A stretch of DNA of 64,000 nt from Bacillota bacterium (GCA_023435745.1 JAEZMD010000003.1:29923-93922); one strand, 5' to 3'; positions 28,141 through 38,027 are shown, counted from the stretch's first letter. Notes: a model not told the origin generated them from the letters alone. Numbers and translations are program-made.

Positions 28141-29124
28141 TTGGATATCAATGAAAAGGATATTCTGCAGGTTACGGAAACAGTGCAAAAAATTGAGTCG
28201 GAAGTTGCAAAGCAAATGGTCGGACAAAAGGAGCTTATCCGACAGGTGCTGATTTGCATGCTGGCCGGAGGAAATATTCTTCTGGAGGGCGTACCGGGAT
28301 TGGGCAAGACCCGTCTTGTAAATACTCTCGGGCAGGTTATGGGGCTTCAGTTCTCCAGAATCCAGTTTACACCGGATCTGATGCCTGCCGACGTGGTGGG
28401 GACCAATATTATCACAAGGGATCAATCGGAACACGGAATGTTTAAATTTCAGCAGGGACCCATATTCAGCAACATTGTACTGGCGGACGAGATAAACCGT
28501 GCAACTCCGAAGACCCAGAGCGCTATGCTGCAGGCAATGCAGGAAAAGCTTGTCACCGTAGCTAATACAACTTATCAGCTTCCAAAGCCCTTCTTTGTCC
28601 TTGCAACGCAGAACCCCATAGAAATGGAAGGAACCTATCCGTTACCTGAAGCGCAAATGGACAGGTTTTTGTTTAAGCTGAACGTGCCTTTTCCTTCCGC
28701 ACAGGAACTGGCCGAAATAGTCACCATGACAACAGGAAGTATCCGGACAGAGCTGAGAGCGGTAACGGGAAGTGATGAACTGATGAGCATTATGGAAACA
28801 GTGAAGGAAATACCTGTGGCGGTGCCGGTCCTGGACTTTGCTTTGAAGCTTGTGCTGGCAACTCACCCCGGAACTAAAGATGCAGCCGCAATTGCTGAGA
28901 AATATGTACGTTTTGGAGCAAGCCCCCGCGGAGCACAGGCGATAATATCTACGTCAAAAGTCAGAGCGGTGCTTGAGGGCCGCTACAATGTCGCGTTCGA
29001 AGATATTTACTACACAGCATACCCCGCCCTTCGACATCGTTTGTTTATGAATTTTGAAGGTTCATCGGAAGGTCTGACAGCGGATGACATCATTTCGGAA
29101 ATAATCAAGGAGATAGGCAGGTAG
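28141..29124 (+). CDS. MoxR-family AAA+ ATPase (AAA_3)
   Basis: VGQKELIRQVLICMLAGGNILLEGVPGLGKT (Walker A), ILADEINRATPKTQSAMLQAMQE (Walker B region), ATQNPIEMEGTYPLPEAQMDRF. TTG start 6 nt after GGGGGGA. Confidence 0.92.
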   Translation: MDINEKDILQVTETVQKIESEVAKQMVGQKELIRQVLICMLAGGNILLEGVPGLGKTRLVNTLGQVMGLQFSRIQFTPDLMPADVVGTNIITRDQSEHGMFKFQQGPIFSNIVLADEINRATPKTQSAMLQAMQEKLVTVANTTYQLPKPFFVLATQNPIEMEGTYPLPEAQMDRFLFKLNVPFPSAQELAEIVTMTTGSIRTELRAVTGSDELMSIMETVKEIPVAVPVLDFALKLVLATHPGTKDAAAIAEKYVRFGASPRGAQAIISTSKVRAVLEGRYNVAFEDIYYTAYPALRHRLFMNFEGSSEGLTADDIISEIIKEIGR

Positions 29125-29126
29125 AA

Positions 29127-29987
29127 ATGAGCCAATTATTTGACAGTACATTTCTGCAGAAAATACAACGGCTTTCGCTAAACGCCCGATTTCTACTGGA
29201 CGGCGCGGCTGCCGGCAACCGTAAATCGCGAAGCAAGGGAAGCTCTGTGGAATTTTCCGATTACCGTGAGTATGCACCCGGGGATGATTTCCGGCGACTG
29301 GACTGGAATGCGTATGGCAGATTCGAAAAGCTTTTTATCAAGCTCTTTATGGAGGAAAGAGAAGCTCCTGTTACTATTTTTCTCGATGTAAGCAGGTCAA
29401 TGGATTGGGGCGAACCGAATAAATCGATTTCCTCCAGAAGGCTGACCGCCGCATTGGCATATATCAGCCTCGCCAATTTCGACAGGGTGACCATGTGTTG
29501 TATTGATGAGCGTCAGCGGCAAATGTGCAGTAATGTGCGGGGCAAAAACTTCTTCCACAGGATTACAGATATTCTTGAGAACATTCAATTTACAGGAAGC
29601 AGCAGTATTCAAAAGGCTGTAGAAGACTGCCGCATACGATGGGCACGCGGTATTACGGTTCTGATTTCTGATTTTTTCACCCGGGGGGATATCGGTGAAT
29701 TATTAAAATATCTCTCATACCACAAACAGACAGTGTATGTATGTCATATACTCAGTCCCCAGGAGCTCCGACCGGATGTCAGTGAATCTGTCAGGCTTGT
29801 TGACAGTGAAACCGGTGAGACGATGGATATAACAGTGACGCCTTCTCTTTTAGACTTGTATGGAAGGGCGCTGGATCATTTCAGGAGCCGGATTGAGAAA
29901 AACTGTACCAAATGGGGAGCTTTTTATTTTCATTTTTCCTCCGAAGCTGCGGTGGAGGAGATGGTAAAGGAAGTGGCAGAGCATTGA
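29127..29987 (+). CDS. DUF58-family protein (MoxR partner)
   Basis: GSSVEFSDYREYAPGDDFRRLDWNAYGRFEKLFIKLF is the hallmark DUF58 motif. The gene starts 2 nt after the MoxR stop. Confidence 0.88.
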   Translation: MSQLFDSTFLQKIQRLSLNARFLLDGAAAGNRKSRSKGSSVEFSDYREYAPGDDFRRLDWNAYGRFEKLFIKLFMEEREAPVTIFLDVSRSMDWGEPNKSISSRRLTAALAYISLANFDRVTMCCIDERQRQMCSNVRGKNFFHRITDILENIQFTGSSSIQKAVEDCRIRWARGITVLISDFFTRGDIGELLKYLSYHKQTVYVCHILSPQELRPDVSESVRLVDSETGETMDITVTPSLLDLYGRALDHFRSRIEKNCTKWGAFYFHFSSEAAVEEMVKEVAEH

Positions 29988-31804
29988 TTTTGCACAATCC
30001 ATGGGGACTTCTTGCGTTGCTGGCCGTACCTGTGATTATCCTTTTGTATCTATTAAAGCAGAAGCATGAGGAGTACATCACATCCAGCCTTCAGCTATGG
30101 CAGAGCGCCTTGCAGGATGTAGAAGCTAATGCGCCATGGCAGAGATTAAAGAAAAACATACTGATGATTATTCAGATATTCGCTGTCATACTCCTGGCAA
30201 TGATACTGTCGGAGCCTTTCCTTCAAGGCGGAGGCAATAAGGGCGGATCAGTTATGCTTGTAATAGACTGCTCGCTGAGCATGCAGTCCACCGATATGCA
30301 GCCGAGCAGATTTGAAGCAGCTAAAAAGGACGCTTTGAAGCTGGTGGAAGCCGGCAGCCCGGGAACAAGCTTTTCACTGATTGCTTCCGCCCATACGCCA
30401 TCTATTATTTTTCACAAAGTCAATGATAAAAACAGAGCGATACAGGAAATAAAAAATCTGAAAGTGATTGATACGGCTGAGAATCCGGAGAAAACGGCAG
30501 AATTGGTAAATTCGCTTATCAGAGAGGATCCGGGAATACAGACAAGCTGGTTCAGCGACGGAGTCCGCTCCACTCTAGCAGATAGTGCCAGTTACTACTC
30601 CTACAACAGAAATGGTGATAATTACGCAGTAACGCTGCTTGCACAACGCAAGCTGCAAAGCGGCCGGAGAATTGCGGCGCTGAGCCGGATTGCAAATTTT
30701 TCACTGCACGAGGCAGAATTGGATGTCAGCCTTTATGCAGACGGGAATTTTGTTGATGCCCGCAGGGTATCTGTTGAGGCCGGAAAAAGTGAAAGCGTTT
30801 ATTGGGACGGCATACCTGAATCGGCTTTGAAGCTGGAATGTACTATTGATACAGAAGATGTTCTGATGAAGGATAATACCGCAGGGGTGACGGTTTATTC
30901 AAACAAATCGGCAAGGGTGCTGCTTGCAACAGAAAAAAATATATTTTTGGAAAAGGTACTGACCCTGATACCAGGTCTGGAGCTATACAGAACAGACATG
31001 GAGGATATGGAGGCGTTTACGGGATATGATTTATACGTTTTTGACGGAGAAATACCTGAGGAACTGCCCGATGACGGACATGTCGTGCTTTTTAATCCGC
31101 CCCAAAACAGGTACTTTTCCTCTGTGGGCCTGTCCGAATACACCGAAATTCATTCTACAGATCATGAGATCTATAATAATCTGAAGCAGGAAATTTCCTT
31201 CAATGCTTTGAAAACAGATTTGTATCAACTGCCCGAGTGGGGTGTTCCGCTTATGGAAGATAACAATGGATTCACAGCCTTTGAAGGCTATATAAAGAAC
31301 AGGCGGATCATGGTTTTCGGCTTTGATCTGCATGAAACCAACCTGCCGGTGCAGCCGTTCTTCCCTGTAATTATGACAAGGGCTATACAGGAGCTGCTTC
31401 CGGGTGATGTCAATAAAATCTCTGCAGTAAATGCCGGAGACGCTATTGAGCTTTCGATTGACCCTGAATCAAAAGAAGTATACGTGATAGCCCCGGACGG
31501 GAATAAAACGCTGATAGCTCCGCCGTTTCCGGCGACCGCTTTTGATGAAACAACACAGATCGGATCTTATACAATAGAACAGCGGCTGGAAAATGAGACT
31601 GAAAATCAGCGGTTTTTTGTGAATGCGCCTTCGGAGAGAGAATTTGCTTTGTCAAACAGGACTGAAGCCGATGAGCCAAATCATGGAGCGGATGCACGAA
31701 GTATGCCGCCTGTCGGATGGAGCCTGAAAACACCCTTATTATGGCTGCTGCTGGCGATATTATTAATAGAATGGTGGGTTTATACCAATGGCATTACAGT
31801 TTGA
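29984..31804 (+). CDS. BatA-like membrane protein with von Willebrand factor A domain
   Basis: The N-terminal double-TM aerotolerance-type motif (LHNPWGLLALLAVPVIILLYLLKQK) begins at TTG 29984, which overlaps the DUF58 stop as TTGA. The ORF-track start 29912 would overlap DUF58 by 76 nt. vWA MIDAS motif VMLVIDCSLSM and a C-terminal TM anchor are present. Confidence 0.8.
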   Translation: MILHNPWGLLALLAVPVIILLYLLKQKHEEYITSSLQLWQSALQDVEANAPWQRLKKNILMIIQIFAVILLAMILSEPFLQGGGNKGGSVMLVIDCSLSMQSTDMQPSRFEAAKKDALKLVEAGSPGTSFSLIASAHTPSIIFHKVNDKNRAIQEIKNLKVIDTAENPEKTAELVNSLIREDPGIQTSWFSDGVRSTLADSASYYSYNRNGDNYAVTLLAQRKLQSGRRIAALSRIANFSLHEAELDVSLYADGNFVDARRVSVEAGKSESVYWDGIPESALKLECTIDTEDVLMKDNTAGVTVYSNKSARVLLATEKNIFLEKVLTLIPGLELYRTDMEDMEAFTGYDLYVFDGEIPEELPDDGHVVLFNPPQNRYFSSVGLSEYTEIHSTDHEIYNNLKQEISFNALKTDLYQLPEWGVPLMEDNNGFTAFEGYIKNRRIMVFGFDLHETNLPVQPFFPVIMTRAIQELLPGDVNKISAVNAGDAIELSIDPESKEVYVIAPDGNKTLIAPPFPATAFDETTQIGSYTIEQRLENETENQRFFVNAPSEREFALSNRTEADEPNHGADARSMPPVGWSLKTPLLWLLLAILLIEWWVYTNGITV

Positions 31805-34487
31805 AAATCCATGGCTGCTGCTGCTCATAATACCTGCGGCTGCATTTATGTATTATACTGCAAAGAACATGATTCGGCTGGTGCGTTGGAGAAGGACATC
31901 CATTGTGCTGGTTCGCAGTCTTGTTCTGCTGTTGGTTATTTTACTCCTTTCCGGCGTTTCATTACTGCAGGTCTCTTCTTCGACGACTACCTTGTTTCTG
32001 GTGGATTCTTCGGACAGTATACTTCAGAAGGAGCAGAGCGCCGACTTTGTCAGCGATGCAATAAAAAGTATGGGGAGAAAGGATGAGGCAGGGGTCATCA
32101 ATTTTGGCGGCAGCTCATCCATTGAAGTGCTTCCGGTGAAAAATCCACTGTTTGACGGTTTGCAAACGTACATTGATTCTTCTTTCACCGATATGGAAAA
32201 TGCCCTTCTATCTGCCCAGTCCATTATACCGTGGGATCATCAGAAGAGAGTGGTACTTCTGACCGATGGGAGAGAGAACACGGGGAATGCAATACGACAG
32301 GTCAGACAGATGAGAGCAAAGGGCTACGCTGTCGACGTCTACCCGATCAGCTCAGGCTTTTGGAACGAGGTTCAGCTTCAGGAGCTGAAGATACCGAATT
32401 CAGTTCATTTGAATGAACAATTCGAGATTGCCGTTAACGTAAAAAGCAACATAAACACCAAGGCTGTTCTTCAATTGTACAGTAACCGTATGTTGACTGC
32501 GCAAAAAGAGGTTGTGCTAAATAAAGGAGAAAATCAATTTATTTTTTTGGATAAGGCTTCGGATGGGGGAATGGTGACATACAGAGCGGAGGTACTCGCC
32601 GATACTGATACTGTTACGCAGAACAATACTCTTTCCTCCTACACCTATGTCAAGGATATTCCTCAGATCATGGTAATCCAGGATGCTGATGAAGCAGGTG
32701 AAAACATTGCGGATATTTTGAATACCGATATGCGGGTGACTTTACTCAATCCAAAACAGGTTCCTGTTGAGCTGGCAGAATTGCTTAAGTACGACGCCTT
32801 TGTACTGGCCAATGTTTCTGCCGACAGTCTTAATCAGACTTTTCTCGACAATATGGAAACGGCTGTAAGCCATCAGGGTAAGGGTCTGCTTGTGACAGGC
32901 GGAGATAACAGCTATGGTCCGGGAGGCTATTATAAAACCACACTGGAGAAGCTGCTGCCTGTCAATATGGATATTAAGCCAAAGGAAGAAGAGCCGAACC
33001 TGGCGCTTATGCTTGTTATTGACAAATCAGGGAGCATGTCAGGAGGAGATTTTGGTATTGCAAAGATGGAGCTGGCAAGGGAGGCGGCGATACGATCAAC
33101 AGAGGTGCTCAACCAGAATGATATGATTGGAGTGCTTACTTTTGACGATGCATATAAATGGGTCGTAGAGCCTCAGAGCCTTGATAATTTGCAGGCTATT
33201 CAGGATGCGATCGGTACAATCCGCTCCGGCGGAGGCACTCAGATACTTCCCCCGCTGGAAGCTGCATATAATGCAATACAGGAACTGGATACCAAACTTA
33301 AACACATTATTCTTTTAACAGACGGTCAGGCGGAGAAGGAAGGGTATGAGCCTTTGATCGAAGGCTTAAGGGAAAAGGAAATTACACTTTCAACGGTGGC
33401 GGTAGGCCGGGGGGCTGATTCTCTTCTGATGAAGGCGCTTGCTTACGGAGGTAAAGGAAGGTTTTATCAGACGGATGAATTCACCGATATTCCGAAGATT
33501 TTTGCAAAGGAGGTGTTTTTGGCAGGGAAAAAATATCTCACCAACAGGACGTTTGCCCCCAGAGCCGCCGGCTCCTCAGATATTCTTAAAGGCATTGATT
33601 CGGTGCCGCAGCTTGACGGATATGTTACAACCACAGCAAAACAAACAGCAAATGTAATACTGGAAAGCGATGAGGAGGATCCTGTTCTGGCAAGCTGGCA
33701 ATATGGACTTGGCAGGACCGTCGCCTGGACACCTGATGCTCAGGGGATCTGGACATATGACTGGATGAATTGGGAGGATTCAGGGAAGTTTTGGAAGAAT
33801 ACGATATCCTGGCTGGTTCAGCAGAACATGAGTCAGGGGTATACCGTAGAATCTGATATTGAAGGCAGGGTGGGCTCAATAACAGTTAAGGCTGAGGATG
33901 ACGCATTTATGACGGCGACTGATGTCAAGGGGACCCTCGTTGGGCCTGACGGCAGCAAACAGGATATTGAGCTGTTGCCCGGAGCCCCGGGAGAGTACAG
34001 TGGTTCCTTCAGCAACCTCAAAAGCGGTGTTTATATTGCGGACATTACACTTACAGGCAGTGGTGAAAGAAGCGAACGAATCAGTACAGGCCTGATCATG
34101 CCTTATTCGGCGGAATATAATTTGCTGGAGGGCAGCAATGAGGCGCTGCTTCAAAGGATCGCACATGAGGGAGGCGGACGCATGCTTGACGATCCTGCCC
34201 AGGTCTTTAACAGTGCATTGCCGCCGGTTGAAGGGAAAGCAGATCCCACTCATGCGCTATATAAAACTGTATTTATTCTATTTATGCTTGATATTGCGCT
34301 CAGACGGCTCAATTTACATGTGAATTTGTGGAAGAAAAAACCGGTGCAAGCGGTGGCCGCAGGTAATGCTGCTGCGGCTCCGGGTAAGGCTGTGGAATCT
34401 GCGAATAAATCAGTTAAGCCGGACCAAGAACAATATTCTCACATTTCCAGGTTGTTGGATAAGAAACAGATGTGGCGTAAGAAGTAA
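31788..34487 (+). CDS. BatA/BatB-like membrane protein with two vWA domains and a Trp-rich C-terminal module
   Basis: The N-terminus MALQFENPWLLLLIIPAAAFMYY is the same double-TM motif. MIDAS motifs are LFLVDSSDS and LMLVIDKSGSMSG. A Trp-rich module (LASWQYGLGRTVAWTPD..WMNWEDSGKFWKNTISWL) and a C-terminal TM anchor follow. The start overlaps the previous gene by 17 nt. Confidence 0.8.
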   Translation: MALQFENPWLLLLIIPAAAFMYYTAKNMIRLVRWRRTSIVLVRSLVLLLVILLLSGVSLLQVSSSTTTLFLVDSSDSILQKEQSADFVSDAIKSMGRKDEAGVINFGGSSSIEVLPVKNPLFDGLQTYIDSSFTDMENALLSAQSIIPWDHQKRVVLLTDGRENTGNAIRQVRQMRAKGYAVDVYPISSGFWNEVQLQELKIPNSVHLNEQFEIAVNVKSNINTKAVLQLYSNRMLTAQKEVVLNKGENQFIFLDKASDGGMVTYRAEVLADTDTVTQNNTLSSYTYVKDIPQIMVIQDADEAGENIADILNTDMRVTLLNPKQVPVELAELLKYDAFVLANVSADSLNQTFLDNMETAVSHQGKGLLVTGGDNSYGPGGYYKTTLEKLLPVNMDIKPKEEEPNLALMLVIDKSGSMSGGDFGIAKMELAREAAIRSTEVLNQNDMIGVLTFDDAYKWVVEPQSLDNLQAIQDAIGTIRSGGGTQILPPLEAAYNAIQELDTKLKHIILLTDGQAEKEGYEPLIEGLREKEITLSTVAVGRGADSLLMKALAYGGKGRFYQTDEFTDIPKIFAKEVFLAGKKYLTNRTFAPRAAGSSDILKGIDSVPQLDGYVTTTAKQTANVILESDEEDPVLASWQYGLGRTVAWTPDAQGIWTYDWMNWEDSGKFWKNTISWLVQQNMSQGYTVESDIEGRVGSITVKAEDDAFMTATDVKGTLVGPDGSKQDIELLPGAPGEYSGSFSNLKSGVYIADITLTGSGERSERISTGLIMPYSAEYNLLEGSNEALLQRIAHEGGGRMLDDPAQVFNSALPPVEGKADPTHALYKTVFILFMLDIALRRLNLHVNLWKKKPVQAVAAGNAAAAPGKAVESANKSVKPDQEQYSHISRLLDKKQMWRKK

Positions 34488-34646
34488 CAACATCCCCCAG
34501 GCTGCAGTTACGAATCCGCAAATCTCGCAGAGAAACAATACATAAAATAAAAATATGAAGTATTGGAGGAATTAACCTGTAATTGTAGAATTATTAATCT
34601 GATTTACTATTCGGGAAACGGCCGGAAGGTTACAGATATTAGTTTT

Positions 34647-36413
34647 ATGAATAATATTTACAGGTTTATTCAAAAACGGATGGAAGTCCTTAAAATAAGC
34701 ACAAAAATAATGCTGTTTTATTTTATTCTGCTCATGTTTACTATTGCGGTGAGCAGCTTTTTTTACCAGCGGATATATTACAATATTATATCCGGCAAAG
34801 TTAGCGAAATGTCCATGCAAACCCTCTACTCCATCAGTGCTAATATTGATTCGGTCATTGAAAATGCCGACAACTATTCAAAAGCGATCTTTACCAACGA
34901 CGACCTTCAGAACATGCTGAAAGGCTCAAAGCCTTATATGGATCTCGTCACACAGGAAAGGGTCAGGGCTTATCTCATCAAACTCACTGAAACGATACCC
35001 AGTATAACTTCGGTATACCTTTTTGATAATTACGGCAACAGATTCTCAATGGACAAAGCTACTAATAAAAACCTCACAATAAGCAACATATCCAGGGCAT
35101 CCTGGTACAGGCAAGTCAGCCAAAGCAGAGGATACTATATTCTTCGGCTCAATGCCGGAGGGGTTTTTGAAAAAACAAACAAAGAAAATTACTTATCTCT
35201 GATCAGGGTCATAAACGATCTGCAGGATCAGCAGCCCATAGGGATCATTATCATTAACCTGCCGGAGGCTTCTTTTATAAACGCATACAGTGATCTGGTC
35301 AGCAAATATGGAATGCAGGTCATTTTACTTGACGAGAATAATGAGAAAATAATTGGGACCGGAAGCGAGGAATTTGACAGCTTCATACCCGGTATAACCG
35401 ACGGCAGTGAGTCAAATACCAGGATTGTTAGAATCAATAATCAGGAATTCCTGATGTCATATCTTAAAATAAATTACAATTGGAAAATAATCAGTGTCGC
35501 TCCCTTCAGCGAACTGTCCAGAGAATCAAAGATTTTCAGTCTCATAGCCTTTATTGTAATCATACTCAACAGCGTCCTGCTGTTTCTGGGATCAATTTTT
35601 ATATCCAGACTCATCACAAACCCCGTTAAAAAGCTTTTACGTGCAATGAAAGGCGTTGAAAATAATGAATTCGGCATGGTGGATCTGAGAATGGGCAGCA
35701 GTGAATTTGAGAAGCTGCAGGACGGTTACAACAGAATGGTCACTGAAATACAAAAGCTGATCAAAAGGATCATGGAAGAACAGAAAATCAAACGAAAGGC
35801 TGAGCTTGACGTGCTTCAGGCTCAAATTAAACCCCATTTCCTGTACAACACCTTCGATGCGATCAGCTACCTCGCGCTCGAAGGCAGGAGCGAGGAAGTA
35901 TATACAATAATGAAGGCGCTGGGGAGCTACTATAGGACGAGTCTAAACAAAGGAAGCGAAGTAATCACTCTGAAGGAAGAGGTAGAGGTAGTAAGAAACT
36001 ATCTGACGATACAAAAGATCAGGTACAACGATATATTTACCGACAGCTATGATATTGAAACCGAGATAGAAAATATCAGGATATTGAAGCTCGTCCTGCA
36101 GCCGCTGGCTGAAAATGCTCTTTACCACGGGATCAAGCCCAGTGGGGAACCGGGACATATCGGGATAACAGCTGTAAAGGAAGGCGAATTTATTAAAATA
36201 ACCGTTAAGGACAATGGTGTTGGAATGCCGGAGGAAAGCATAAAAAATATATTCAACGGCAGAAAAAGCTGTGAAGAAACAAGCTTCGGGCTCAAAGGTA
36301 CCATTGAACGGCTGCGGATTTTTTACGGGGTCGAAAATGTATTGTCCATTGTGAGTACACCCGGCGGCGGGACCGAGGTTATACTGACGATACCGGCGGA
36401 AAGGCGGGATTAG
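34647..36413 (+). CDS. YesM-type sensor histidine kinase
   Basis: Two TM helices flank an extracellular domain of about 270 aa. Then come HAMP, the H-box QIKPHFLYNTFD, and HATPase_c (LQPLAENALYHG, VKDNGVGM, FGLKG). Start is uncertain (34563 TTG, 34647 ATG or 34680 ATG). Confidence 0.85.
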   Translation: MNNIYRFIQKRMEVLKISTKIMLFYFILLMFTIAVSSFFYQRIYYNIISGKVSEMSMQTLYSISANIDSVIENADNYSKAIFTNDDLQNMLKGSKPYMDLVTQERVRAYLIKLTETIPSITSVYLFDNYGNRFSMDKATNKNLTISNISRASWYRQVSQSRGYYILRLNAGGVFEKTNKENYLSLIRVINDLQDQQPIGIIIINLPEASFINAYSDLVSKYGMQVILLDENNEKIIGTGSEEFDSFIPGITDGSESNTRIVRINNQEFLMSYLKINYNWKIISVAPFSELSRESKIFSLIAFIVIILNSVLLFLGSIFISRLITNPVKKLLRAMKGVENNEFGMVDLRMGSSEFEKLQDGYNRMVTEIQKLIKRIMEEQKIKRKAELDVLQAQIKPHFLYNTFDAISYLALEGRSEEVYTIMKALGSYYRTSLNKGSEVITLKEEVEVVRNYLTIQKIRYNDIFTDSYDIETEIENIRILKLVLQPLAENALYHGIKPSGEPGHIGITAVKEGEFIKITVKDNGVGMPEESIKNIFNGRKSCEETSFGLKGTIERLRIFYGVENVLSIVSTPGGGTEVILTIPAERRD

Positions 36414-38027
36414 GTGAACGAGGGAGCCATAAAGGTGATTGTCGTAGATGATGAATATATGGTGCGGGGACTGCTTAGAAGATGTATCAATTGGAAAGAG
36501 CTCGGGATGGAGATCGTAGGTGAGGCATCCTGTGCGCAGGAAGCGCTTGAAATGGTAGATAGGCTGAAACCCGACATCATTTATACGGATATCTGCATGC
36601 CTTATACGGACGGGATCGAATTGAGCAGACTTGTGTTTGAAAAATACCCCAATATAAAGATCATAGTACTGACGGGCTATGAAGAATTCGAATATGCGAA
36701 GAGAAGCGTCAAGCTCGGAATAGCGGACTTTCTGCTCAAGCCGATCAATGATGACGAAATCAGAAAATCGGCGCTTGCCATGAGGGAAAAAATCAAATCG
36801 GAGAGAACTCATTCAAACGAATATAAAAGGCTTAAATTGCTGCTTGATGAGAACCGTCCGTATCTCAGGGAAAAGTTTCTGAATGAACTCGTACAGGGGG
36901 AATTGTCAGCGGAGGAAATCAACGAAAAGCTTGCTTATTTTGATCTGGACTTCGGCTCCGGATTGTTTCAGGCGGCATTGCTCGAAACCTGGCATCCGGG
37001 CGCAGGTGTCAGTCAGAGTACGGAAGAAAAGCTTATTTTGCAGATGCAGGGTATGGAATCTGTCAGGATGTATTTCAGGAACGATTCAAAAATAGCGATG
37101 TTTTTTGACAATAACCACAAAACAGTGATACTTAATGCGGATCCTGAAATCGATTTTACAGAATGCTGCGAAACCCTGCGGATCATGCTTGCCAACAAAA
37201 TCAAGTGCATTGTGAGCATCGGGGTTGGGAATTCCTGCAAAGGGCTCGAAAACATACGGCAGACATGCAGGGAAGCGTATTACGCATTAAGCTACAGCGC
37301 CATTCTCGGGAAAAACCAGGTCATCTGCTTCAGCGCCGTGGACCTGTCGCAGAAGAAGCCTCTGCGTATGCAGAATAAGCAATATGACGAGTTTGAATTT
37401 TGCCTGAAGGCCGGTCTTGCCGAAAAGGCCGGAGAACTTTTCTCCAGCTTCTGCGAAGGGATAAGGCCTGACGGCGGAAATGCAATCGAGACAATATGGG
37501 TGATAGCATCAAATGTCATTTCTGTGATCCTGTCGGTAATTAATGAATCCGGTCTGAAAATAAATAATATTTTTGAGGATGGAGACGAGCCTTTCAAGCA
37601 TGTTTTCAGGATACGCTCCTTGCCGGAAATGAGAGATTATATGGATTCTGTCATTCGCAGAACCGCTAACCTCATGGAAAAGCTGAAATCTAAAAAGGTC
37701 AACAAGACGATAGACGAAATTAAAGATTACATAAACGGCAATATTGCTTCGACGGGTCTTTCTCTGCCTGCAGTTGCGGCAAAATTTTATCTTAATCCCA
37801 GCTATCTTAGCCGTATATTCAAACAGGAAACGGGGCAGACCTTCATCGAGTACACTACAAAAGCAAGGATGGAGCTGGCTGTCAGGCTTCTGGGCCAAAC
37901 GGAAATGAGGGCCTATGAAGTAGCTGAAAGAGTAGGGATACAGGATCCTCATTATTTCAGTATCTGCTTTAAAAAATACACGGGAATATCAATCAACGAC
38001 TATAGGAAATCTTCTTCCAATCCGTAA
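36414..38027 (+). CDS. YesN-type response regulator (REC + AraC-family HTH)
   Basis: VIVVDDEYMVRGLL..DIIYTDICMPYTDG..LLKP (receiver domain), a YesN-type middle region, and a C-terminal AraC HTH (LNPSYLSRIFKQETG.., YFSICFKKYTGISINDYRK). GTG 36414 abuts the kinase stop. GTG 36435 behind GAGGGAG is an alternative start. Confidence 0.88.
   Translation: MNEGAIKVIVVDDEYMVRGLLRRCINWKELGMEIVGEASCAQEALEMVDRLKPDIIYTDICMPYTDGIELSRLVFEKYPNIKIIVLTGYEEFEYAKRSVKLGIADFLLKPINDDEIRKSALAMREKIKSERTHSNEYKRLKLLLDENRPYLREKFLNELVQGELSAEEINEKLAYFDLDFGSGLFQAALLETWHPGAGVSQSTEEKLILQMQGMESVRMYFRNDSKIAMFFDNNHKTVILNADPEIDFTECCETLRIMLANKIKCIVSIGVGNSCKGLENIRQTCREAYYALSYSAILGKNQVICFSAVDLSQKKPLRMQNKQYDEFEFCLKAGLAEKAGELFSSFCEGIRPDGGNAIETIWVIASNVISVILSVINESGLKINNIFEDGDEPFKHVFRIRSLPEMRDYMDSVIRRTANLMEKLKSKKVNKTIDEIKDYINGNIASTGLSLPAVAAKFYLNPSYLSRIFKQETGQTFIEYTTKARMELAVRLLGQTEMRAYEVAERVGIQDPHYFSICFKKYTGISINDYRKSSSNP

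Noticed and set aside
29912-29983. ORF-track start for the first BatA-like gene, overlapping the DUF58 gene by 76 nt
   Set aside because: The encoded N-terminal extension (MGSFLFSFFLRSCGGGDGKGSGRA) is out of character. The conserved NPW double-TM motif begins right after TTG 29984, which forms a TTGA overlap with the upstream stop.
28141-34487. MoxR plus vWA genes considered as a vWA-MoxR-VMAP type conflict/defence system
   Set aside because: The partners are DUF58 and BatA-type membrane-anchored vWA proteins. I see no effector domains such as proteases, TIR or nucleases, and no iSTAND-like component. The architecture matches the Bat/envelope class instead.
35943-36812. 289-aa ORF on the minus strand spanning the kinase/regulator junction
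   Set aside because: It is entirely antisense to two plus-strand genes with clear family motifs (HATPase_c, REC). It has no RBS and a Phe/Tyr/Ile-rich composition typical of antisense frames. I treated it as a shadow ORF.
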